Of a DNA stretch of 64,000 nt, positions 20,252 to 28,590 are shown in pieces. This DNA is from an uncultured Mageeibacillus sp. (GTDB lineage Bacteria > Bacillota > Clostridia > Saccharofermentanales > DTU023). Location: contig CAZSFQ010000001.1 of assembly GCA_964606165.1 (NCBI GenBank), positions 6,905 through 70,904 of the forward strand. The letters are read 5' to 3'. The notes beneath the pieces were generated by a model that saw nothing but the letters and a program-made list of their open reading frames with translations, was not told the DNA's origin and made no database searches. The position numbers and the translations under genes were made by a program. The first letter of the stretch is position 1. Every line of letters starts with the position of its first letter.

Positions 20252-20344
20252 TATTGCTGAAGAATTATCGATGGAGCTGTGACAGGCCTGTCACAGCTAT
20301 ACCCATTTCACAAATTCAAACGTCGATATGAAAGTTTGTTTTCT

Positions 20345-20695
20345 TCATTCGCCCACTAAATGCGAATTTTCATGTTGAGAATTGTTTTTTCTTGACATTT
20401 CCGTTTTGTGTCTGTGACGTAAGCACAGAACCGTGATAACAACAGCCGCCGTGAAGGAGAGTATCCCTACTAAGACGTAAGCGCCCGCATCCTCGAACAT
20501 CAGGCTTGCTCCCATCATTTCCTGAACGGAAGCTCCCCGCCGGCCCCTGGTCACCGAGGCAAATGTTTGAACCAGGGCTAGCGAAAGGATCAGGCAGAGA
20601 GCGAAGAGCGCTCCCAGAGATCTCCTTTCTCTCTTCTGGCGTAATTTCCCGGCCCGCTGCTTGACCAGCCGGATTCTTTCTGCCGTGTCGTACAT
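20345..20695 (-). CDS. small two-TM membrane protein, paralog of the putative anti-sigma factor at 22114-22464
   Basis: Same layout as 22114-22464: a basic N-terminal helix (AERIRLVKQRAGKLRQKRERRS versus EQRLAAVRKRAREIETKRSRRRS), then TM, loop and TM. Confidence 0.45.
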   Translation of the reverse strand: MYDTAERIRLVKQRAGKLRQKRERRSLGALFALCLILSLALVQTFASVTRGRRGASVQEMMGASLMFEDAGAYVLVGILSFTAAVVITVLCLRHRHKTEMSRKNNSQHENSHLVGE

Positions 20696-20826
20696 CGGCT
20701 GCCTCCGTTAACTGAATGCTTCTATCTGGAAGCCTTCTAAGAAAAGCCTTCTATTTATATAGGTACAAAAAAGGAGAAAACTACGCACACCAGATTTGAA
20801 GATTTCAAAAAAGAAAAAGGAAACTT

Positions 20827-21504
20827 TCAGCAGTTAAGATTATTCGCGCCGCCTTCATCTTCCGCCTCGGCGGGACGCGGCAGCAGTTGAGCCAGCTTCT
20901 TGATTGATCTGGCCAGGAGAAGACTGACCAGGGGCAGGGCATAGGCAATGTACTGAGTGACGCCGCCATGAGCGACCAGAAGATTGTAGGTCGCGTGGTA
21001 AGTAATGGCGGCACCCAACAAGCCGGCGGTGCCGGCGACCTTTAACCAATTTCTTTGCCAGACATAAACCAGCCCATAACAGATAATGGCGCCGCAGACT
21101 ATATGCATCGCTCCTGTACCGAAGCCCCGGATAAGCAAATAGGCGAGATTTCCAGCCCCGCTTTGCGTCAGGTAAACGATATTTTCAAAAGTGGCAAAAC
21201 TGACCGCGATCGTCAGCACTGAGCTTGAAATTTTCTCAGTTTCAGGATCAAAAATCAAAAGATAAAACAGAAGCGGCAGGAGTTTCATCATTTCCTCCAC
21301 CACCGGGGCGATCTGGGTTGAGGCATTCATTAAATCCGCCTGGTAGAGCTGGGCGAAGAAGGTATTGATATAGGCGGAAAAAAGGCAAGCGGCCATGCCG
21401 GCGAAGGCAGAGAGGAAGAAGCGGTAGCGTTTTTTCCCCATGAAAATCATGGCGATCAGGAGGGGAGCCGCGACGCAGACGAAGATGTTTTCAATATAAG
21501 TCAT
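20827..21504 (-). CDS. PrsW-family intramembrane protease
   Basis: Polytopic protein with VVEEMMK (EExxK), FATFENIVY, GAMHIVCG and YHATYNLL motifs, as in PrsW/CPBP-type proteases. Confidence 0.65.
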   Translation of the reverse strand: MTYIENIFVCVAAPLLIAMIFMGKKRYRFFLSAFAGMAACLFSAYINTFFAQLYQADLMNASTQIAPVVEEMMKLLPLLFYLLIFDPETEKISSSVLTIAVSFATFENIVYLTQSGAGNLAYLLIRGFGTGAMHIVCGAIICYGLVYVWQRNWLKVAGTAGLLGAAITYHATYNLLVAHGGVTQYIAYALPLVSLLLARSIKKLAQLLPRPAEAEDEGGANNLNC

Positions 21505-22148
21505 GCGGTCACCGCCTTTTTCATGGCCGGAACCAGGGCCAGCAGGGAAGCTGACAGCATGAAGTCAAACCAGAAGTAAGGGTTGGACATGGTATCGCTG
21601 ATCCAGAAACAGGAGGAGGTCCAAAGGCCGAATTCCAGGAATATAATTACGAGAACCGCGCCATGAAAATACTGCATATTCCGGGCCTGGCCGCTCTGTC
21701 TTCTTGCGAATAGGAAGCCACGCAGGGCAAAGAAGGCGACGACCATGGTGAGGCCGACCATCAGGAGATTGCCCAAAATCTCACCGCGGCTCAGGTAAAG
21801 GATCAGCTGCGGAATGCAAAAAAGGGGCACCAGGAGCATGGCCGGATGACGGAACCTCTTTTCCTTCTCTGTAGCCAGGACGTATTCGAGGGTCAGGAGA
21901 AATAAATAGCTGGCGATCCAGGCCAGTTCCGACACATAAAAAACCTGAGGCGAGCTGTCAAATAGGAGGATGTAAAGAGTCCAGTGAAAAGTACCGAGCA
22001 TAAAGCAGCCCAAAAAACAGGCAAGTAAGAAAAAGGTCTGCCGGCGCGTCCTGTAGTAGAGGACACCAGCGGCGATAAAAGCAGCCAGCGTGGCCGCGGA
22101 TTGCGTCAGATTGTCAATCAGCTCGACCATGATCGCCGCCCTGATCAT
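21501..22148 (-). CDS. polytopic membrane protein, unknown function
   Basis: 215-aa hydrophobic ORF, translationally coupled between the anti-sigma candidate and the PrsW-like gene. Confidence 0.5.
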   Translation of the reverse strand: MIRAAIMVELIDNLTQSAATLAAFIAAGVLYYRTRRQTFFLLACFLGCFMLGTFHWTLYILLFDSSPQVFYVSELAWIASYLFLLTLEYVLATEKEKRFRHPAMLLVPLFCIPQLILYLSRGEILGNLLMVGLTMVVAFFALRGFLFARRQSGQARNMQYFHGAVLVIIFLEFGLWTSSCFWISDTMSNPYFWFDFMLSASLLALVPAMKKAVTA

Positions 22149-22464
22149 TCTTATTCCTGGCCTGGATGCGGTAGAAAAGGATTGTCAGGGCAACCCCCAG
22201 TACGAAAGCTAAAACTCCGATCAGGATGTAACCCAGACTGCCGCTGACATCGAAGACGCTGGCAGTCACTCCCTCTTGAAAATATTCAGCAGTTGACGAA
22301 TTTGCTGTCACGGATGGAATGAAAAAGGACAAGCCCACGATGATCAGCAAAGCGGCAGCCATCGCTGAAATACAGATTGCACTACTTCGCCTTCTGCTTC
22401 TCTTCGTCTCGATTTCCCGGGCTCTCTTCCTGACCGCAGCCAGCCTTTGCTCAGTACTCCGCAT
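22114..22464 (-). CDS. putative anti-sigma factor (small two-TM protein)
   Basis: Its start at ATG 22464 follows a GGAGGAGGAAGG RBS and overlaps the sigma gene stop, the usual sigma/anti-sigma coupling. No zinc-finger motif was seen. Confidence 0.45.
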   Translation of the reverse strand: MRSTEQRLAAVRKRAREIETKRSRRRSSAICISAMAAALLIIVGLSFFIPSVTANSSTAEYFQEGVTASVFDVSGSLGYILIGVLAFVLGVALTILFYRIQARNKNDQGGDHGRAD

Positions 22465-23005
22465 TGACGGCACCTTCCTCCTCCAAACGTTTGCGCAGGG
22501 ATTTTTTTCCGCGGTAAACCAGATCCGCGATTTGTTTTTCACTTTTACCCATGACTTCAGCGGCTTCAGCGTGGCGCAATTGCTTAAAATATACCAGATA
22601 AAGAGCCTGACGATAGTCCGGGTTTAATCGCTCCATACAAAGGCTCAGCAGATCGTTGCGTTCGTTTGTCATGGCAAGATCGTCCGCCCTGGCCTCGCTT
22701 TTTGGCTCATACTCGATTTCGTCCAGACTCAGACAATGGCGCAGCTTATTCCTGGCCAGAAAACGCAAGGAAGCATGCCAGGCTGATTTATAAAGGTAGG
22801 CTTTGAAAGCGCCTTCGCGGATGCGGGGTTTTTTGACTGAAAGATATGCGAAAACGTCAATCATCAAGTCTTCAGCATCATGGATATCGTGAATATGGCG
22901 GTGAATATATAAAGTAAGGCGGGTGCCGTAACGTTCGATCAACTCACCCAGGCCTTCTTCATTGCCTTGCAGATATTCGCGGTAGAGGGTTTCATCGTCC
23001 TTCAC
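22451..23005 (-). CDS. RNA polymerase sigma-70 family, ECF-type sigma factor
   Basis: Region 2 (DAEDLMIDVFAYL) and region 4 (YRQALYLVYFKQLRHAEAAEVMGKSEKQIADLVYRGKKSL). The start is proposed at GTG 23005 after an AAGGGG RBS. Confidence 0.8.
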   Translation of the reverse strand: MKDDETLYREYLQGNEEGLGELIERYGTRLTLYIHRHIHDIHDAEDLMIDVFAYLSVKKPRIREGAFKAYLYKSAWHASLRFLARNKLRHCLSLDEIEYEPKSEARADDLAMTNERNDLLSLCMERLNPDYRQALYLVYFKQLRHAEAAEVMGKSEKQIADLVYRGKKSLRKRLEEEGAVNAEY

Positions 23006-23043
23006 TTTTATACCCCTTACCGGCCATATTAGCATTCACCGCA

Positions 23044-23072
23044 ATTTAAAACTATTGCCTTCTGTAATTCAA
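23044..23072 (-). promoter_or_regulatory. sigma-A-type promoter candidate for the ECF operon
   Basis: Minus-strand TTGAAT-N17-TTAAAT, about 35 nt upstream of the proposed GTG start. Confidence 0.35.
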
Positions 23073-23330
23073 ACAAAAGACTGAAGGCGGCGGTATCAGT
23101 GAAAAAGTATAATAATCGCTTCCGGCCATGTAGCTGGGTTTAACTTGTTAGTAAAGGCTGCTTAGAAGATGCCCGGTGTAACAGCTGATCCGTACTCATC
23201 TCCAATGAATATGCAATACAAAGGAAAGAAGAAAGGGTTTTGACGTTACCGATCCGGCAATTATCAGGTGTTTGCCGGGATCAATGGTCAAAAGCCTATT
23301 ATCCTGGCACTCCGACTTGGTCACAGACCG

Positions 23331-23370
23331 GATATTTAAAATAAGATCCGCCCCGTCTGGAGCGGATCTT
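23331..23370 (-). terminator. terminator-like hairpin downstream of the last prophage-side genes
   Basis: A 9-bp stem AAGATCCGC/GCGGATCTT is followed on the minus strand by ATTTTAAATAT. A second small hairpin, TTTGGC/GCCAAA, lies at 23374-23392. Confidence 0.4.
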
Positions 23371-23415
23371 CGCTTTGGCATCCTACGCCAAAACGAATAC
23401 AATCCACTCATGGCA

Positions 23416-23530
23416 GGTGCATGGGTGCAAGAGGGTGCAAAGTTAGAATTGCTGATTTTGTTTCGTGTGGTTAGTTTAGAGTTTCGTATCGCTTGTATGG
23501 CTTTCGTGGTGTTCGTTTTGGTTTCGCATC
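23416..23530. repeat. two families of short phased direct repeats at the prophage edge (3x GGTGCA; 5x TTTCG[T/C])
   Basis: GGTGCA occurs at 23416, 23424 and 23434. TTTCGT/TTCGT/TTTCGC occurs at 23461, 23482, 23502, 23512 and 23522, spaced about 10 or 20 bp apart. Confidence 0.6.
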
Positions 23531-23558
23531 TTTAACTATCATTCATCAATATCCAATT

Positions 23559-23765
23559 TTAATTTTGGAATTGTATTGGCTCGTAATCTACCAACCTGTT
23601 TTTTGGCCAATGGTTTGGCCTCAAGTACGGCAAGCTATCTGCTAACACTTCTAATACGAATTCTTCCATAGTCTGATCTGGATCAAGATCATTGCCAACC
23701 ATGTCCTCGAGATGAGCGTACTCATCATCTGTTACCCTGATTCTGATCGTTTTCATGAATTTCAC
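23559..23765 (-). CDS. small ribbon-helix-helix-like protein (moron gene 2)
   Basis: KTIRIRVTDDEYAHLEDMV resembles an RHH beta-strand plus helix. The gene is AT-rich. Confidence 0.4.
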   Translation of the reverse strand: MKFMKTIRIRVTDDEYAHLEDMVGNDLDPDQTMEEFVLEVLADSLPYLRPNHWPKNRLVDYEPIQFQN

Positions 23766-23796
23766 CTCAGCCCAACAAAATTTTCACTGTTTTATT

Positions 23797-24378
23797 TCAG
23801 TACTTTAAGGGAAATTTTTCCTTTCCCAACTGCCACAGATACCGATCTACATCTTTCAAGCTAAATTCATTCAATCCATAATAATCTCTGAAAGCGATAA
23901 CGATTGATTTGAACTTACCGTAATCTTTTAAGTCACTCTTAATGAATTTCGAAAAGTGATCTCTTTTTTTAAATTCCATCAGCACCTTATCAACATAACT
24001 GTCATAAATGGGATAGAGTAGTGGAAAATGATGACTGCAGTATTTTGTTGCGAATGAGTAAAAGTTGCGTTTTCCTCCGCCCATATCGACTAACGCTATG
24101 TCGTTTACTAAGCCCTCATCACCTGCTTGTAGCCTCTCATCTATATCAAGCTCAAGAATATGCTTTGCAACAGGGAAGATCGAGAATATATTCGTACTAT
24201 AGAAATCATTAAGTGTTGATGCCTTGACCAAGATATCGCTTATGTCAGTGTTGTGAGGATAGGTATCGAAGAATAATTTATCCAAACTCTTTTCCTGCAA
24301 AACGTAGTTTTCCAGTGAATCCCATCGATTAAGGTATTCTTTTACGGCATCAACGGTTGGGTGTAGTCCTTCTATCAT
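23797..24378 (-). CDS. hypothetical protein (moron gene 1), possibly of an OGG-fold-like family
   Basis: 193-aa AT-rich ORF with its own AGGAGG RBS. The motifs KASTLNDFYSTNIF and SFATKYCSHHFPLLYPIYDSYV remind me of an uncharacterised helical family. The assignment is tentative. Confidence 0.5.
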   Translation of the reverse strand: MIEGLHPTVDAVKEYLNRWDSLENYVLQEKSLDKLFFDTYPHNTDISDILVKASTLNDFYSTNIFSIFPVAKHILELDIDERLQAGDEGLVNDIALVDMGGGKRNFYSFATKYCSHHFPLLYPIYDSYVDKVLMEFKKRDHFSKFIKSDLKDYGKFKSIVIAFRDYYGLNEFSLKDVDRYLWQLGKEKFPLKY

Positions 24379-24459
24379 TAAGATATCCTCCTATTTTATA
24401 TAATGTCATATTTAGCATACATTGTATTGTTCGTTTAATGGACCGCTAACCTAATACCG

Positions 24460-24511
24460 AAAATAAAAAGCCCTGAAGTTCTTGTTCAAACAGAGCCTAA
24501 ACTGCAGGGCT
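24460..24511 (-). terminator. terminator after the endolysin gene
   Basis: The stem AGCCCTG/CAGGGCT (24469-24511), with inner AGTT/AACT pairing, is followed on the minus strand by TTTTATTTT. Confidence 0.5.
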
Positions 24512-24515
24512 GATT

Positions 24516-25667
24516 TCAATCATAAATTTTCTTTACGCCATCTAAAGGCAGCCATGAAGCAATACCGTCTGGCCAGCCGAGCAGGACTTTGTCCTTTTCA
24601 ATCTGTGAGACGGTGTGCGTTCGCTCTTTAACCCAGCCGGGAATTGTCTCTCCGGTTGCATAGCGTGAAGCCGTGATTTTTACTTTGTCACCAACCTTCA
24701 GATAAGCTGATATAGGAAGCTTCAACTTCTGTCCAGCATAGATGACATTCGAGGTCAGGCCATTTAAGAGCTTAATTTCCGGATAGCGGCTTCCGTCTCC
24801 AAGATAGGTTTTAGCAATCTTCCAGAGACTGTCACCGCTCTTGACGATATGGATCTGTCCGGTTTCGGAAGGTGGTACGGATTCATCTTTTGGATAAATC
24901 TTCGTGCCATTTTCGGCAAAAACGAAGTAGCCTTTGTTCTCGTCCGCTTTTTTCTTGGCATTGGCGAGCACTTTATACGCGCCAAGCTGACTTTTCTTAT
25001 CTGCCCAGGACTTTCGCACCCGGTAATAGCCTTCCGTGAGCTTTGCCGGATAGCTCTCGCTGGGAGCAGGCTTTTCCTCGCTTCCCGCTGTGCCCATCAA
25101 GGCTTTCACGTCACGCCGGAAATCGTCCATGCTCTTTCCAAAGCGTGAGAACCAGTGCCTCGGGTCGCCGTGATTGGAAGCAAGCCCGCGCTGATGTCCC
25201 TCATAGTGGCCGATGATCACGCCGTCCTTCATGGGATCGAGTTTGTACAGTTTACAGAGATAAGCGCAAAGCTCCGCCGCTTCTTTCCAGACCGCCTTCA
25301 GGTAGCTTTCGTCATTCAGACCATCCTCACAAATTTCAAAGCTGGTGTGGGTGTTGTTGGCCGCTCCCCCAGCATGCCAACCTCGATGATCCCAAGGAAG
25401 CGTCTGATAGGTGGCAATAGTTCCGTCCTCGAGCTTCCCGATGAACCCATGCACACAGACCTGCCTGTCCATCGGCTGATTCCAGTGGTTATTGTATTGA
25501 TTCTTTCCGAGCTTTCCGTCATCGGGGCCGACGTAGCGTTTCAGAAATGGGTTGTTTGCACCCGTCGAGTGCACCATGATGCCCTGCACTTTAATCTTTC
25601 GTCCCGCCTTGTAGCAGGCGTTTTCCGTGAAAATCAGTTTATTCAGATTCATCTTCGTCCTCCTCAT
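24516..25667 (-). CDS. endolysin: N-acetylmuramoyl-L-alanine amidase (amidase_2/PGRP type) with LysM and SH3-like wall-binding modules
   Basis: The N-terminus GIMVHSTGANNP...WHAGG is amidase_2-like. The LysM module is HIVKSGDSLWKIAKTYLGDGSRYPEIKLLNGLTSNVIYAGQKLKLP. The gene sits directly after the holin. Confidence 0.9.
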   Translation of the reverse strand: MRRTKMNLNKLIFTENACYKAGRKIKVQGIMVHSTGANNPFLKRYVGPDDGKLGKNQYNNHWNQPMDRQVCVHGFIGKLEDGTIATYQTLPWDHRGWHAGGAANNTHTSFEICEDGLNDESYLKAVWKEAAELCAYLCKLYKLDPMKDGVIIGHYEGHQRGLASNHGDPRHWFSRFGKSMDDFRRDVKALMGTAGSEEKPAPSESYPAKLTEGYYRVRKSWADKKSQLGAYKVLANAKKKADENKGYFVFAENGTKIYPKDESVPPSETGQIHIVKSGDSLWKIAKTYLGDGSRYPEIKLLNGLTSNVIYAGQKLKLPISAYLKVGDKVKITASRYATGETIPGWVKERTHTVSQIEKDKVLLGWPDGIASWLPLDGVKKIYD

Positions 25668-26052
25668 TAATTGCTTCCAGCATGTTTCTCAGAGCCTTCG
25701 GAATCGGCAGCCCCAAATGAGCTGCATTTTCCAGAATAGAAATGCCCTCGTTTGAGAGATAGAAAAAGATGACGGCGGTTCTAATGGCACTGCCATTCTT
25801 CAAGACAGCGGTATCAAGAATGTTTCCAATACCGACCAGTGTGAGGATCAAGACCTTTCTTGCGATTCCCTTAAAGCCGACTTTGCTTGAAAGTTGTTTG
25901 TCCTCGATGGCGCAAAGCACGCCTGTGATGTAGTCCGTTATGACAAAGGCAATCAGGGCAAAAAGAAAGCCGTCCAGCCCTCCGATAAACCAGCCGACAG
26001 CCCCGCCTACAGCAGCAAATGCTGCCTGAACGGTATTCCAGATGTGTTTCAT
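25639..26052 (-). CDS. phage holin (phi LC3 / holin_4_1 type)
   Basis: AFVITDYITGVLCAIEDKQLSSKVGFKGIARKV plus TM helices. The start is at the internal ATG 26052. Confidence 0.8.
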   Translation of the reverse strand: MKHIWNTVQAAFAAVGGAVGWFIGGLDGFLFALIAFVITDYITGVLCAIEDKQLSSKVGFKGIARKVLILTLVGIGNILDTAVLKNGSAIRTAVIFFYLSNEGISILENAAHLGLPIPKALRNMLEAINEEDEDESE

Positions 26053-26127
26053 GTTGAAGTCCTCCTTCCAAATAAAAAATGCCTGCACATGGGCAGACAC
26101 TTTTTTCCGTGATAAATATTTATATGT

Positions 26128-28590
26128 TTAGTTTTGCTTCGGCAGCCAATCCCAGAGCCTTAAATCTTCCTGGCCAAGCGACCACATACAGACTCCTCGA
26201 AGCTTCCATCGATAGGCTGCTTCGTTCATCCAATAGATGATGCTGTCCACATCCTGGTAGTAGAGGATGGAAAAACCATCCGAGTCGCCAAGGAACAGCC
26301 GTGATATCCAGACGTTGATATCTCTCGGGATAATCTTTACCGGATAGTCGTGTCCGCAGATGAGATTCAAAAGGCCGGAGTGAAAGAACTCATAATCCAG
26401 AGATATCTCCTCCGTCCTGGTCTCGTGCTCCTCAATGTCGGAATTGACTGTAAAGACCTGAAACTCCTCGTCCCAGGTGACACCCGTCCTATCGATGCGC
26501 CCAAAGCTCGCAACGCTTCCGTCCGGCATTGCCACGTCAAAGCGTTCATAGGGCTCGTAGGTGTAGGCATCACCGACCCGTAGAAGCTGGCAGTGGACGT
26601 AACTGTCCGAGCGGATTCCTGTAAAGCCGCCTGTGTCATTAACCGTTGCTGTAAAGCGAAGCGTTCTGGACGAACCGGAATAGACCCGGACCTTATTGCC
26701 ACGCTTGCGCAGCTCAATCGTGTAGACATAAGGAGAAGCCCTGATCTCACTTTCCGGTGTCTTTTCAAAAGAGGTCGCAAAGGAGCCTTTCAGGACAGAG
26801 CCTTCATAGAGTTCCACAGCCTGTGCTTCATAGTTAAAGCAGCAGAAGAGATTGCCAAGAAAGATGCCGGCCCTGCCTGTAAAGCCTTCAGGGAAAATCA
26901 TCTGCGCCCGAAGGTGAAGGTCGGTGAAAGACCCGTATTTCAAAGCAAGCCGTCCGTAGCCTTCCAGCTGCGAATAAGGCCGATAGTTTTCCTCTTCGTC
27001 CTGCCAGACAGACCACTCGCCATCAAGGGCTGTCCAGTAGGAATCAGGCAACGGCGGGTCATCTCTGAAATCCTCATACCAAATAAGAACCGAGTCAGCC
27101 TTTCGCCTGAGCATCTCGAAGGTCAACTTAAAGCCTTCTCTTGGACCTACCATCACACCGTTGATGTCTTTAAATTTCCTCGGTGAGAGCAGGTAGTCCG
27201 CTTCGCCGCAGACCGTACTTTCCGTAAAGCTGCGGCAGACCTTAAAGCCATAGACTTGAACGCCCGGTGCTGATACGGATACCGTCAAGGTGTGCGAGCC
27301 AGCCGCAAGCGATGCGCCGCTCCATGCCTTTTTCCAAAAGGTCGTCCGCCAATAAGGCCACCAGAGTCGTTTTTCCTCATAAAGCTTACTTGCGCCGTCG
27401 AGCGAAAGATAAAGACTATTTTTATTCCAAAATGGAAATCCGATATTCACAGCGATGTCATAGATGCCCGATTCTTCCACCGTAAAGTTATAAGCAGCGC
27501 TTCCGCCGTCACCCAGCGTCAACATTTTTTCAGAGACGGAAACCACGCCTGAATAGCTGTCCGGCATGGCATTTCGCTCCACGATGATGCCGTCAAATTC
27601 TTTCTTTTGTGTCTTACCGTAGGACGTAAGGTAGCGCCTTCTTTTGTAAACTTCGCTCATCAAAGGATAGGCATATCTTTCAGCATCTTGGCCTTCCATG
27701 TAGTCGTAGACATGCGGCAGTGCCCAGGGGACTTTGTTGTAGTCATCCCAGTAGGCAGCGATGGGGATCTGCGGTGATGGAGGGTCGGTATCCTTAAACT
27801 GATAAAAACCCGTCATCCAGTTTTTCGCGCCGTAGTAGGTATGGGAAACACCCCGATAGTAATCGCCTAAGTTTTCCGGCGTGTCATAAATCTGCCAGTT
27901 CCAGCCATAGGCGGGAATGCCAAGATAAATTTTACCGGACGGCATCACGGCGGAAGCGTACTCGTAGATGCCCTCCAGCCAGTCACGGGGAGACACGGGT
28001 CCCGGAGCAGAACCTGCCCAGGCCATGCCATAGCTCATGATGGATGCCGTATCGCAATAGAGAGCGAGATCAGCATAAACGCACCAGTTCTCGCCGCCGA
28101 CCGAGCCGTTCACCGAGGTCATGCCGGGAAGGCAAATATTGACCCGTTTGGCAGCATTGTAGCTTTTCACCGTCCGGTAGATGTTTTGAAACATGGCCGT
28201 TGACCTCTGCGCTGTGGAATAATCACCTCCGCCTTCGAGGTCAATATCCACACCGTCACACCAGGGATATTTATCCATGATGCGGATAAGCTCAGATAAA
28301 AACATATCCTGCGCACCGTTTGTGTTTTCACGGATGGCACGGAAGATAGAGTTATAACCATCGTTAGCAACGGTTAAAAGCCAGCGGATATGCGGCCATT
28401 TATTGACATAGGTCATCATGTCGGAGATGGCGACACCCGTCTCATAGATTTCGCCTGTGGCTCTGACCTTAAAAGAAAAAAGACCGATCTGACTGATGCG
28501 GTCTCCGTACTTTTGCAGGGCTTCCCACATGCGGGCATTGCCCATGAAGGTCCATACCATGACCTCACGGCCCTTTAAGATATCCATCAA
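26128..28590 (-). CDS. phage tail-distal protein with GH18-type glycoside hydrolase barrel interrupted by a large insertion
   Basis: CDGVDIDLE matches the GH18 catalytic motif DGxDxDxE. GIPAYGWNW and the extreme C-terminal GVCMWSLGQED match late GH18 barrel motifs. About 500 aa of beta-sandwich-like sequence lies between them. Confidence 0.6.
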   Translation of the reverse strand: MMDILKGREVMVWTFMGNARMWEALQKYGDRISQIGLFSFKVRATGEIYETGVAISDMMTYVNKWPHIRWLLTVANDGYNSIFRAIRENTNGAQDMFLSELIRIMDKYPWCDGVDIDLEGGGDYSTAQRSTAMFQNIYRTVKSYNAAKRVNICLPGMTSVNGSVGGENWCVYADLALYCDTASIMSYGMAWAGSAPGPVSPRDWLEGIYEYASAVMPSGKIYLGIPAYGWNWQIYDTPENLGDYYRGVSHTYYGAKNWMTGFYQFKDTDPPSPQIPIAAYWDDYNKVPWALPHVYDYMEGQDAERYAYPLMSEVYKRRRYLTSYGKTQKKEFDGIIVERNAMPDSYSGVVSVSEKMLTLGDGGSAAYNFTVEESGIYDIAVNIGFPFWNKNSLYLSLDGASKLYEEKRLWWPYWRTTFWKKAWSGASLAAGSHTLTVSVSAPGVQVYGFKVCRSFTESTVCGEADYLLSPRKFKDINGVMVGPREGFKLTFEMLRRKADSVLIWYEDFRDDPPLPDSYWTALDGEWSVWQDEEENYRPYSQLEGYGRLALKYGSFTDLHLRAQMIFPEGFTGRAGIFLGNLFCCFNYEAQAVELYEGSVLKGSFATSFEKTPESEIRASPYVYTIELRKRGNKVRVYSGSSRTLRFTATVNDTGGFTGIRSDSYVHCQLLRVGDAYTYEPYERFDVAMPDGSVASFGRIDRTGVTWDEEFQVFTVNSDIEEHETRTEEISLDYEFFHSGLLNLICGHDYPVKIIPRDINVWISRLFLGDSDGFSILYYQDVDSIIYWMNEAAYRWKLRGVCMWSLGQEDLRLWDWLPKQN

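Noticed and set aside
20275-20298. A perfect 24-nt palindrome, AGCTGTGACAGGCCTGTCACAGCT, between the convergent csp and membrane-protein genes.
   Set aside because: It has no flanking T-tract on either strand and occurs only once. It is probably a simple bidirectional hairpin or a chance palindrome, and there is not enough evidence to call it a binding site.
23196-23535. ORFs 23196-23411 (minus) and 23272-23535 (plus) in the region between the ECF sigma operon and the prophage.
   Set aside because: They have no RBS and implausible sequences, and they span hairpins and the short-repeat arrays. The region is better explained as non-coding att and terminator DNA.
23040-23560. A search for a tRNA or tmRNA gene as the prophage integration target.
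   Set aside because: No cloverleaf-compatible sequence or GGTTCGAATCC-type T-arm was recognised by eye. tRNAscan-SE or ARAGORN should be run to confirm.
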